Shown here one piece after another: positions 1-11,600 of a stretch of 64,000 nucleotides of DNA; positions within the stretch are counted from its first letter, which is position 1; the number at the start of each line of letters is the position of its first letter. The notes beneath the pieces were generated by a model, which worked only from the letters and a program-made list of their open reading frames with translations, did no database searches and was not told the origin of the DNA. This DNA is from Paraphysomonas bandaiensis. Its lineage: Eukaryota; Protista; Chrysophyceae. The position numbers and the translations under genes are program-made. The stretch is from the NCBI GenBank assembly GCA_965644295.1, contig CBFFRP010000030.1:1079-65078 (forward strand), written 5' to 3'.

Positions 1-537
1 TATATATAGTTTAGTTCTGTGTAAGTATGTGAGGATGGTTTATAGTAAGATTTAAGGTTGTTCTGATGTGATTCAACACATAAAAATCGGCCAATTCCGA
101 ATAAAAAGTAAATCGGCTATTGCGGTGCCTGCCTTCCTAGTGCTTTTGTTCTCATTACCCTGAAAGGTTGGATGATGAAGATAAGCTGATAATTTCTGCC
201 AACAAAGACCGAGTGATGGAGTTCTTTGGGGTTCAGTGCAATACAGCTAACGACCGGAAGAAATTAGATGGACCAAATGATATACCCAATGACAGGAGGA
301 CCTCTACAGTGCATTACATGTTAAAGGCTATAGTGCATTAGTGCGAAGACTTTGTGGATCCTCTGACATTTTGGCAATGGACTAGCAGGGATCCAACCAT
401 CGGCTTTTTATGTGGAACTTCAAGCTTTTTGACAAAAGCTGATAGGGATGACTTCTCATCTACGTGCAAGAAAAGACAACAGAATTCCTTCTTAAACGAG
501 CATGGGAGTGTACTGAAATGCGATTCCAATCTTGTAT

Positions 538-575
538 TAAGCTGAATCCTAATACGCCCCTCAATGAAATAATCA
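538..575 (-). mobile_element. Fragment of a copia 3' end: polypurine tract abutting the start of a TATTAGG-type LTR
   Basis: Minus strand reads ...TTGAGGGGCG|TATTAGGATTCAGCTTA. The plus-strand CCCCTCAATGAAATAATC also occurs at the PPT/LTR junction near 60667. The same 17-mer LTR start recurs at 715-731 (-), 3070 (+) and 35131 (+). Confidence 0.6.
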
Positions 576-3069
576 GTGAACCGTAGATACAGGAGATAAT
601 GAACTATACACACTGAGAGTAAAAAACCAATAGAGTAGCTGTCACTAGTCAATAAAAAACTGCAGAGGTGCCATATTGGTGAGGCCATCCTTCTAGTCCA
701 GCATCATGTATTTGTAAGCTGAATCCTAATAGTTTGGTAGAGTATATAAAAGTGCTTGAATTGTATCGGGAGTTAGGAATGGAATGTAAGGATGTTGGTA
801 CTCTCAGATTTCAGTTATGGCAGTTTCTATAGTAGGCTATGTTCTTGTAGTAGAGGTAAGTGAGTACTATTCAATATTATACTAAGTAGAAATAATATAC
901 GCAGTATGTATGTCTACTACAGTATATATATATTATTTGCACTTGAAATATATGTAAATTTTGACTCAAGAAAGTTGATTGTATATAAGCCAGCTACGAA
1001 AACCACTGTAAGCAGATATATATTAGGGTCTATTTTCAAGTTTCAAGATATTCGTAGTTTCCAGAAAATTAGGGAAATAAAGCAATACAGAGAGGTACTG
1101 TGACTAATTCAGAAGACCCTTGGCCACTGTGGTGCTACCAGCGCGTGTGAATGGCAAATTCAGAGAGGGCACGTAGTTCACTCAGTTAAGCAAACAATAA
1201 CCAAATCCTCCTTCCCTTCATATACGTGAAATAAGAATAGTGCAGCGGCAGGTCACATCACCATAATATAACTAATGATTTGTTACTTTACGGCGGGTAT
1301 GTACGTGTGTGCCTGTCTCAAGGGGTGTATATGTGTATGTATGGGAGAGGGTATGTAGCTTATTAACAGTCACCTCATACATACAAGAACCTGGATCGCT
1401 TCAGAGCAGAGGGTTGAAAGAAACACGACGGTGAAGAAGATATTCTTCTGTTTCTGGTGTGGATATCACCCTCCTTTCATGGCCTGTTGATAGTTTAAAG
1501 TAACATATGAAGAGATGCGTTATATCATACATACACACTTCACATAATACAACACGGTATTCCAAAAAACACACATCTACAACCGACACAAACTGAAAAG
1601 TATACATGAGTGTGACAGAATTTCCGTACTCCCGCATTGTATATATTGACAGTTATATTTAGCGCGTGGCACATATTCCTACTCGCTGTACACTCAAAAG
1701 ACATGTACCTGAGGAGTGGCATTGAAGAAAAGAGGAGAGAAGTATACTACGACGTTGTAGAAGAGTTAAACAAGAACATCAATGCGCCACATTTGAACCC
1801 TGCACTTGTACGGAACTTGTGATGCACTTTTAATTTTAATTTCAGAATTTGATACGCACTCTTAAAACTATTATTAAGAGCGATTCCTTGTGTCCGACAT
1901 GATCTTTTATCACACATGTATAGTGTCCTTTTTCATGTTTTCTAGAGTGTGGGCGAATTATTTTCGTGAGGTAGAGGAAGTTTGTTAGTGAGAAAGGACG
2001 TCAGGCAACTAATGTTCTACAAGAAGATTTAGCTGGCGGTACTGACCGCCCGAAAATTATTAGCATAGCATACCCAACAGTATGATTTCGACTTATTTTT
2101 ATTTGTGTGATAATTGGTTGTTACAGACTCCAGAAGAATATATGATATAGAAGAAGGCTCTGCAGAATCTGAGGATGGGACTGTGTGCATGTATGCTCCG
2201 TTCTCCTACCATATATATGTCTCTGAGAACCTATATAGGATCTTTTACGCCTCCGCGTGCCAGACATGGAGCTCGATTTGCAAATACGATGTGATGAAAA
2301 TTGACAATAGCATATATGAGAGTACATCGGAATTATAGATATTTAGGAATTATAATCGGTATTGTTTTGAAGAAGCCACTCCTTGTGATACTTGTGGTAG
2401 TATGATTTTGTGTCACTGTGAGTAGTAGGCCCACTTACTGTGCTATACCCTTTTCATGCGTACTCATATCGTCGAAAATTTTATATGGAAGTTTATGGCG
2501 TCTGGGTGGAAGTATAATGAGCAGTAATCTCATATTCTACCCTGTAATCTCTTGTGTATGCTTATGCTTGTACATTTTGTTTGTGTGAAATAGAACAATT
2601 ATTTCCATTTTTGTCCCAAGTGGTAACGACTACGGGTATTAGAGCCTCACCGTAGGTGACATTGATGATCTTATCATCCTTGTCCATGTGCACAGGTGAT
2701 AGTGGCTAGGGAATAGTGAGACACCAGGATCTCTACATCAGCATAATCTAAGCCAAAAAGCAATGCCTTCATATTTTATATTTCTGATCTGCTCCTCGCT
2801 AGCATTGACAATGGAAGGATCCAACCCTCCTAGCATAAGCATAAGAGTTGTTCTTACTGACTCCAAGTTTGAAGACTTCAGCATTTATCAAGTTGCCCCT
2901 ATCCATAGTAATCAACAATATAAATAAATAACAATGAATAAGTCTACAGCTACAACACTATCTACAAGCAACTTCCAGAGTGAAGAAATTGCATCATATT
3001 ATCAATAATCAATATATGTTATATGTCTACTACGATTCCGTGATCAATGAAATGAACATCATTCATATT

Positions 3070-3124
3070 TATTAGGATTCAGCTTAATGCATGACAGTAT
3101 CTGTGAGTTATAATGTTCAATAAA
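3070..3124 (+). mobile_element. 5' fragment of a TATTAGG-type LTR, interrupted by a second LTR element
   Basis: TATTAGGATTCAGCTTAAT..CATGA..GTATCTGTGAGTTATAATGTTCAAT closely matches 35131-35182; similarity stops where TGTTGAG begins at 3125. Confidence 0.65.
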
Positions 3125-3460
3125 TGTTGAGTTTGCTGTTTGAGCAATTAAAAGCTGTAATTCTAAGATATTGGAATTATGACGGTTAGTCGGAGAATAC
3201 AGTAGTGATGAGCTGTATTATGAGAAGTGATATCATGACGATGTAAGATCGTACTAGAAATGAGTGGTAGTAGAGATAACGTGATATATTGCTTATTATA
3301 TTTATTATAATCTTCTCTCATCTTAACTTGATTAACGAGTGAATACTGTCCAGTTAACTTAGTAAATCATCCAATTGTGTCACATCTTTGACATGGTAGC
3401 GGATGGTAGTTGGAAACAACTGCTGAAGCGTGACCATTGGAATGTAACTGGACAGAGGAG
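3125..3460 (+). mobile_element. Truncated copia: 5' LTR (3125-3393), PBS (3394-3403) and first gag codons; relative of the 39423 element
   Basis: Starts TGTTGAGTT, ends TTGACA, shares the GACGATGTAAGATCGT...AGAAATGAGTGGTAGT block with the 39423 LTR. Followed by TGGTAGCGGA and MVADGSWKQL (compare MVADGS...WKHLPK). Confidence 0.75.
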
Positions 3461-3681
3461 CAGGAGTGATACTGCTTTGTACAGTACAAACATACAGTAT
3501 ATAGGATATAAAACCAGTAATATTTATGAAAATCTGTTTTTCATACGAACATGACAGAAAAGATGACTGCTGTTGCTATGTACTGTAGCTATGTTATAGT
3601 GGTTGATGACTGTATGAACCTCTGAAGAGACCTGCATAATTATCAGAATGATGTCGTCGTGCCCAAGAGATTTATCAACGT

Positions 3682-4152
3682 ATGTATTCAGACATTGACA
3701 GTCCATTGGATTTTGAGGAGGAGTTTCCAGAAACGGGAAATCTCGAAGGACCGGAAAGCAACTCCGACGACGAGCATAATGACGAAATTGCTGACCAACC
3801 AGTAAACAATGAACCAGTTGCCGAGCCTCCACAGAATAAACGTAGAATCGAAAAGTCGAAGAACTGCCGAAATGGCCTCTCGGCTAGAACTTCCGTCTCG
3901 AAAGCAATTAAGACTTGCGTGGACGGGTTGCAAGGTAGCAATAATACAAACGTCTTATTATCTTGCATGCAGATGATGCAGCAACAAAATCAACAGATGA
4001 TGCAGCAACAAAATCAGCAGATGATGCAGATGATGATGTTCATAATGGGCAATCGTGGTTCATCAAGAATACTACTCTGTACCCCGCTACAAATATCCAC
4101 CACAAGAAGTACACCACAGAGCAGCAAATCTATCAGATTCATGTGGGAGTGA
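3682..4152 (+). CDS. Hypothetical acidic/basic protein fragment with a MMQQQNQQ tandem repeat; possibly a transposon accessory ORF relic
   Basis: 156-aa ORF with protein-like composition; no recognisable domain. Confidence 0.3.
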   Translation: MYSDIDSPLDFEEEFPETGNLEGPESNSDDEHNDEIADQPVNNEPVAEPPQNKRRIEKSKNCRNGLSARTSVSKAIKTCVDGLQGSNNTNVLLSCMQMMQQQNQQMMQQQNQQMMQMMMFIMGNRGSSRILLCTPLQISTTRSTPQSSKSIRFMWE

Positions 4153-4479
4153 TCCATTAAATTCATTTCAAAATCCTATGTAGTATTGTAGACAGCTAGG
4201 GTTGATTACTAATGTGAAAGTAAGCAATGCATAAATTAAGAAATATTTATTACACAGAAGTATCTTGCAATGTGGTCGTAACCTTCCATATTTACGCACT
4301 CCTCATACAAAGGATTAAATACAGTTGCTATTTGATTAAGTCCTACATGGTGAGTGAAAATTGTGAACCAGCAACAACAGCTAGTAAATATTTTCCCTCG
4401 AATAAATTTGTAACGAGGGTAGACGACCTTTCAATCGAGAAAACGTTCCTTGTATATGCTCGCATGACCCCATTCAGCC

Positions 4480-7400
4480 GCCTGTCTCAATGATAAGCGC
4501 TTAGGTAATTAGATCTGATTATTACATGAGAGAACTTGTTGCATTTATTTATTACGTTAGACTAGTTGTGCCATTGCAAATTATGAAATGCTCAGTTATC
4601 TCGGGACTGCTTGTGCATTGCTGCAAGCACCTTGGTGCAACCATCCCTTGTTTTAAGTTTAGTCTGGTGGTCGTCACTCGGGTAGTGTGTCTGGTGGTCC
4701 ATATCCGCATGCGAGTCAGGGTGTGGGGGGTGACGTGCCATTCTGTGGATGTGTGTCAGCGGAGGTGTAGTGGGATTACCAGCAGTTGTGGTTGTGGTTC
4801 TGTCGGAAATGAGTGTTGTCTGCCTCCGGACGTCGGGTTGGCAGGCCTGCGTTCTCATACGGAGAGCCCTTCTGGCTCAGGAAGAATGCCTAAGCGGCAA
4901 GAGCGCCCCCTCACCCTCCGCGTCGCTATGTGTGGTCTCGTGTGGGGCACGGCTCTGGGGGTGGATGTCGCTTTAAGTAGCTGGAGGATCGTCGGGGTGG
5001 TGGTGGGGTATGCGACGTGGCTGTGGGTTGGCAGCGCCTCTAGAAAACTGTTCGGTTCATGGACATGTTCATTCTCAGTACTCTCCTCTGAATCCATGAC
5101 ATTTACATCGGCATCCATTACCTCTATCACGTTAATTTCTCCTAACACTGAGGCATTAGCTAGCCTCCTCCGTAAACGCTTACGTTTCTCTGCATCCCTT
5201 TTAGATACTCTCTGTAGGGTATTAGTACTGTTAGAATTTATAGTATCAGTCTATTCAGGTGCTCGATCAGGTTCTCCCTGAGCTGCATCTTCATCAAGTA
5301 CTCCTTGAGACATATCTTCATCAGGTGCTCCCTGAATAATACCATGGTTAACTAGCTGCTCCTGATGGCTCTCAAGTGCTGGGATAGTGGACGTACTCCG
5401 TCCATCAGTGGTACTAGAAGCGTCCCTCGTTCCCGTATATCCCGTGTATCCAGGCGTATTCCTTGTCATTACCTGAACATCTTCTATATATGTATGGGTA
5501 CCTTCTTCTGCTCAATGTGGGTTCTCCCCGCAGTTACAAGTGACCGATATCCAACAATGACACCCTTTCTTTCTTCCACTCTGGTGGTCTTGTACAACAG
5601 CCCGTCTTCATCATCGTCTATGTGAAAAGTCTTCACGAGATGCTGATAATCATTCACCGTCTTTGGTCTAGGTGCTGTTCGTACTCGGAGTGCGTCGATT
5701 TCTGCGTAATATTCTTCTGTGCGGGAAGGTATACTCTCATCTGTGAGTATGTGTACACACGTAATTACCTTATATCGGTTGCTGGGAGATACACCTGGTA
5801 TCCAACTTTATCTTCCGAATATCCCACTAGGTATCCAATCTTTGATTTATCGTCCCAGTCCTTTCGCCTGTCCGCCTTAGGTGTCAATATATAAGTTTTG
5901 CACCCCCATACTCTAAAATATTTCAAACTGGGTGGCTGACCCGTGACATACTCATATGGGGACATGTATCCTTTATCCGTCCTTGTAGGGAGTCGGATCA
6001 ATGTATAACGAGCAACATAATATGCGTCTCTAACCAGAATGGAACCGGTAGGCCTGACTGCAACAACATCGCCAACGCCATCTCTGATGCAGTCCTGAAT
6101 TTTTGCTCCTCCACTGCATTCATTTCTGGGCTATCTGTTGAAGACCAAGTGTGTTTGTAGCAGCCTTGTGACCTCAAATAGCTCCTAAGTTCTTGATTTA
6201 TGAGCTCTCCAGCTCCATCAGCGTGGTAATGGTCCACTCTCAGCTTATATTGCCTAAAATCTCTCCTTCGAACACCTCTCTAAAAAACTGAATCACTTCT
6301 TCTTTAGTACGCTGGTTTACGCCTTTCACCCAGAACATCCTACTCGGGTGATGAGTTAGTTTGACTATACGTAGCGCTCATCTCCTCGAGCGGGAGTATT
6401 AAGAAATACTTGCACATCAGCCGATGTGTCCGGCTTGACATCCGTATCCTCCTTTGTGTGAAACGAAACTCTCGTAATCTTTGATCTGGCACATATGCTA
6501 CAGAGACAAGATTTTTTTAATGCAGTCTTCGATAGGTGCTTCCTCTGTAGATTTGAGCCAGTGAACAACATCCTTCTATGTGCCTCAGTTAGAGCCCCTT
6601 TGTTGAAATGGCCCACTCTCCTATGCAGCAGTTCCAACTCATCTTCTCCATACTGATCAGTCAAATTTGCTTCTGGTGCACCCCTACTATAGCTGGATAC
6701 ATCTGGCAGACTCAGTAAGGTTTGCGTAGGGACCGCAGTCATACCATTAAGCATGGGTCCCTCCAATACTGTCGCTCCACCAGTGTTGTGATCCACAATT
6801 CGAATTCCATTCCAAACGATGAACTCATATAACCCATATCGTTCAAACGTTTCCCCGAACACAGAAATCTGTTGATGTCTTCGGAGTATTCGATACCCTT
6901 CCAGTCGTTTACCCTTCCTGTTGCCGTTACATTGATCACCGTTCCTTTCTTGGAGCCTCTGATAACTCTATCTGATGGAATTGATTCATCGAATACTTGC
7001 TGATCATTTATCAAAAACATAGACGATGAGTAGCATGTATGTATCTATGTATGTATAGTGTTCAGCAGTGTGCCAATCATACAACATGTGTCACTTTTAT
7101 CATATATATCAACACCGCAGTCATAAAGCATATTCGCTTCGGACTCCGAGTCAGACTCGGTTCCTCCTATGCGGATATTCTCGAACGTGAAAACCTTCCT
7201 GGGGTTTCTTGGTCTTTCCAGTTGAATTTCGGGGACATTCGTTCGCGCGATGGTTTTTGGATTTGCATACTCTGCATCCTGTATATTCCTTACTGCCCGG
7301 TCTTTGTCCCTTCGTTTCCCCCTTTTTCTTCCTACATTGTTCTGTATTATGATTGTGTATTATACCTTTCTTAGAGCAATAAGTGCACTTTCTCTTTATA

Positions 7401-8040
7401 GATACTCTCTCTTTCTTTCGAGGCTTTTCAATATGATTCAGCTCCTCCGTGCTCTTGCGCTTCTTCTCTATGATTTTCCTCCCATACTTGGTGTCGTCGA
7501 ACTGTTCGATACGTTTGGATAACAATTCATATGGTACATCATCGGGCATTTAATACAGAGCATAATTCAAACCGTCATATTCATCACTGATAATTCCCTC
7601 CTTCAGCCGACTAATTTTTTATTCTTCCGTTACCGTTTGGTTATGCGCCTGAAGTTCACGAAGAAGCACCTCAAAACGCAGTACATACTCTTTCGCGGTC
7701 TCCCCTGGCTTCATCTCGAATGATCCAAACTGAGCACAAGCAGAACACTAATCTTGTTTTGTGTTCCTCCTTCAAAACACGATTTAAGAGTGCTAACCAT
7801 CTCTCTGGCGCTGAACTTGTTAATCCTTCCTTCAGCTGCCTTGAACTCCTTGTGCTTCAGATGAAACTTCTGCAGCGCCTTCGGAGATCGCTTCACCGCC
7901 TCTCTGCAGTATGAGTAGGCAATTGCATTCGCCTTCCAATACTTGTCCACCGCTTCTTTGTAGGACTTGGTCTCAAGACTATTCAGGGGTTGAATTCCGA
8001 AATCCTCTTTCTCCGGTGGCCTTTCTAGAGCCACCCTTTC
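4480..8040 (-). mobile_element. Decayed, internally deleted Ty1/copia retrotransposon (gag, protease, integrase; RT/RNase H deleted)
   Basis: Frameshifted ORFs give zinc knuckles (CTYCSKKGIIHNHNTEQC, CRVCKSKNHRANEC), integrase HHCC (LLHRRVGH...CSIC), YHADGAGEL, RVWGCKTY and SKIGYLVGYS. Homology ends just after EPNSFLEAL (start of RT). Termini not resolved. Confidence 0.85.
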
Positions 8041-8654
8041 TCATTAGGCTTCAGAAAGTTTTGTAAGAGAAGTTTAAGTTAGTCAAACTAGATAGATTAC
8101 TTTATTATGATTGTATACACAATTGTGTGTGTTGTCATGTAGCACATGTCAACAACATGATAAATTATTTCGTTCATGTCAACCACTGCTCAACTTCCGT
8201 ATCTTGAATCGTCATGATATAATACTTCAGTTTCACAGTTATAGCTATATAGCACCTTTGACTATTGTCTACGTATTACTGTTTTTCACATTGTATTTAA
8301 CGTACTATCTTAGAGAACCATACGTATTCCAATAGCCTATTGCTAAATAAAAAGACTTTCAATATATTGAAGTAACTCAATATCGTAATTATTACTGTAG
8401 TTGGCAGGGTACATCTACTTGACAAGGTAGCTACACCAAAATTGGGTTGACGAGACCACTTTGACAAGGTTGAATAAAACATCTCCGTGAAAATGGTATT
8501 GGTGTAAGTCGTAATTCGTAAAAGTAGAGCTGCTATGAAAGAAATATTAAGAAAGATTCACATTTCATAAAATGCTGCATATTTAGTTATCAAAACTTGG
8601 GTTGCAATCCCATAATGAAAGAGATACTAAAATTCTCTGCATAAGTCCCATTGA

Positions 8655-11600
8655 TTAAGACAATGACGATAAGAACCTTTGGTGTATAGCGACTACTTCT
8701 TCATCAGGTTTCCCGAATTCGTCGTTTTTGTTGTCTTCTCTAACATCCAAAAGCGTTTGGTCAATGACTTGTCGTCGACACGCTTCCCCTTGAATCAATA
8801 CATTGACAACAGCCCCAAGCCACTCTGGTGCCTAAATATTGACGAACACAATAAGTTTTACGTCCTCAGAATTTAACATTTACTCACATTCATAATATCC
8901 ACCACATTGTCCACAAGCAGCCGCAAATCCTCGCATTTACTTAGACTAGACTCCACATGTTCTCGCCCCACCTTCAACTGCGGCATTACGCAATTAAGGA
9001 ATTGAACCAAATCCCTCTGCATGTCACTCTTATTGCAGTTGAGGTATTTGTCGACAACTCTTAACACGATTTCTCCACAGGCATTCATTGGCAATTCTGC
9101 TAGGCACTCATTAGCCTCCGTTGAGTCCTTCATCGAAAGATACTCGTCCACTATGGTATTTGTTTTGCGTTTCAACACATCTGGAGGCAGCTGCTCTACT
9201 GGCCCCCTTTGCGACCTACCAGCACTAGGAGGAGTGCCATATCTGGACTGATTAGGCGAATCCGCTCCCACCCGCCGTATATCTGCTGGGGAAGGCACTG
9301 AATGTGGAGAGTTCCTGCGAACATGGCCGGGTTGGTGCCCCCCACCTCTCCCCCCAGCTCCCATACGACTGTCTTGTGGAGATTGCGTACCACCCCTTCC
9401 CTTTCCGCCTTTTTGATATCGTGGATTCGCCTGACTCTGCATTTGCTGCCGCTTCATCTGCTCCTCATTAGCTGCTTTCATTCGAATCTCTTCAATAAGA
9501 GCAGGGCCATCTGCTTCCCGCCTCTCCTGCCAAGCGTTTTTGCGTAAAGCGATAATCTCCTCTATTGAGAAACGGATACGAGAATTGACGCGCTTATCTC
9601 CGGCGAGTTCTGATAGCTTCAAAAAGAAAGACTTGAAAGATTTACGATTTTCTTTCCGCATCTCCTGCAATTTTTCATTCTCCGGTTTATCCGTCACCAA
9701 GCTGCTTTCCATACGCCCACCCACAGTCCGCAAAAGCTTACATACAAGCTCCACCTCTTGGTCCCCAACAGATTTTCCAAAAAGCAGCTCCCTAATGCAT
9801 TCGAACATAGTACTATTTCGTATCATTCCCTTTTTGCAAAGCTCTCCAATGAAACGAATATTACCGAACATGCGTCGTTTAACAGCTCCTTCCAACTCCT
9901 CAAGCTCAAGCTCCGCCAACGCGATTTCATCAGCAGTCATACTAGCCTTTTCCCGCTTCAACTTTTCACGGCGCTGTGTTGGAGTGGCATAGTATCCGTC
10001 CTATAAAGATAACATTATTGTTACATACAGAGAAAAAATTACCAACCACATACATTTGAAACAGATGCCATATACTCGTCTTGACATATCCTGACTAGAA
10101 CCGTCTTGAATCCGTACTTTTTGCTGATAGACTTGATCGCAGCTTCTCTGGAGGGAAAGAAAGTCCCACTCTTCTTCGATTCGTCAATATCAGCGAATGG
10201 CATGAACGCAACAAAGTATCCGGCCCTATCCACAGCATTGAATATCTACACACAAGCACGAGATTTAGGGCATAATCGGAACATCATTAAAATTCTTACA
10301 TTGATGAGAATTCCATTAACGATCAGGATATCCACAATATTAACTGGACTGTTGACAGGCTGGGTTGGATGGTTGCTAACAGCAACCGCTGCATTAACAC
10401 ATTCCTCAACTGTCGAGAATGGGCCTGAGAGAGTGTTGCTGTACTGCATATCTACAATCCATAAGTACTGATTTGTGTCTTTATTCCACACGACCTGACA
10501 GAAAGAGAGGTAGTTATTCTTGCTATCAAGTATACTACACATCTCAGCATAAAGATTTGCGAAATTGGGTTCGTTGACAGCTTTGTCAAACACTAGCCGT
10601 GTGAATCTTTCCAGCATTTCACTGCTCAAAATATTGATATCCGCGAGCTGATTAGTGAGCTTAAGAAATGTTTGAGGCGTTATCTTATTGAGTATGGCAA
10701 CGACTTCTCTCGTCATTACTTCCACAGGGTCAGTGATTACTTTCTTAGGCATCGGGGGGGCGGGAACGCGGCGGGGGTTTCTTTGTTGCTGAGTAGGTGC
10801 CTGTTGCTGGCCTCGCTTCCATCCCGCTGCCTGTTTATCGTCATACTGCATACTCGGCTGTTGTTGAGGATAACCGCCTTGCTTCCACCTAGGCTCCGGG
10901 CCCCCTTGACCCGACATCTGCTGGGCATATGGAAGCTTACCTCCACTAGGACCATTCTTGGCACCCTGTGGATTATCAGATGTCACAACAATCTTACTAT
11001 AGGAAAGACACTGGGACGGGCAATCCATCTGCTCCTTTGGCACTTTCAGTTTCAAGATCTCAGCCTTACTGTATACGTACAAAGGTGCTGCAGGACCTGC
11101 TCTAGCTCCAGTGTTGAGCTTCTGTCCCTGTGGGCGAAGAGACCGCACCGCTGGCTTGATCTCCATTTTGGTGGCCTGCTCCTCCCAGGATTCCATGGGT
11201 ACCGGTTCAGCGGTTGGCTGGGCCGCAAGAGGGGGGGGTGTTGGCTTTGTAGGCTCAGTGGATACTGGAGCAGGGGTTGGCTTGGAAGTGTAGGCATCCA
11301 GCATATCCCTCTGTAACGAGTCTGCTGCTGCTAGTTTATCTTTCCGCAAACTTTTCTTGCTCTTTTTTTCCGGGACAGGGGCACTGGTCGAGGAGAGTTC
11401 CTGAGAAGTGGTGACTTCCTTGGTCTTGAGCTCTGTATTGGGCTCGTCCTCCCAGGTTAACTCGTTACTTTGAATCTGGTTACCACTCTCATGATCAGCA
11501 GCAAACTTCGCATTCATAGAGGTGGAATTGTTACAGTCACTCTCTAATGGGTTCCCAGTCTCGCTAGACGCTCTCGAGGATTCACCGACAGTTGCCACAT

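Noticed and set aside
740-3060. Short ORFs and coding-like patches
   Set aside because: No motif or consistent splice model recognised; probably decayed sequence.
4526-5281. 251-aa plus-strand ORF
   Set aside because: Antisense shadow of the decayed copia.
8221-8238. 18-bp match to 45561-45578 (AATACTTCAGTTTCACAG)
   Set aside because: Does not extend; cannot assign to an element.
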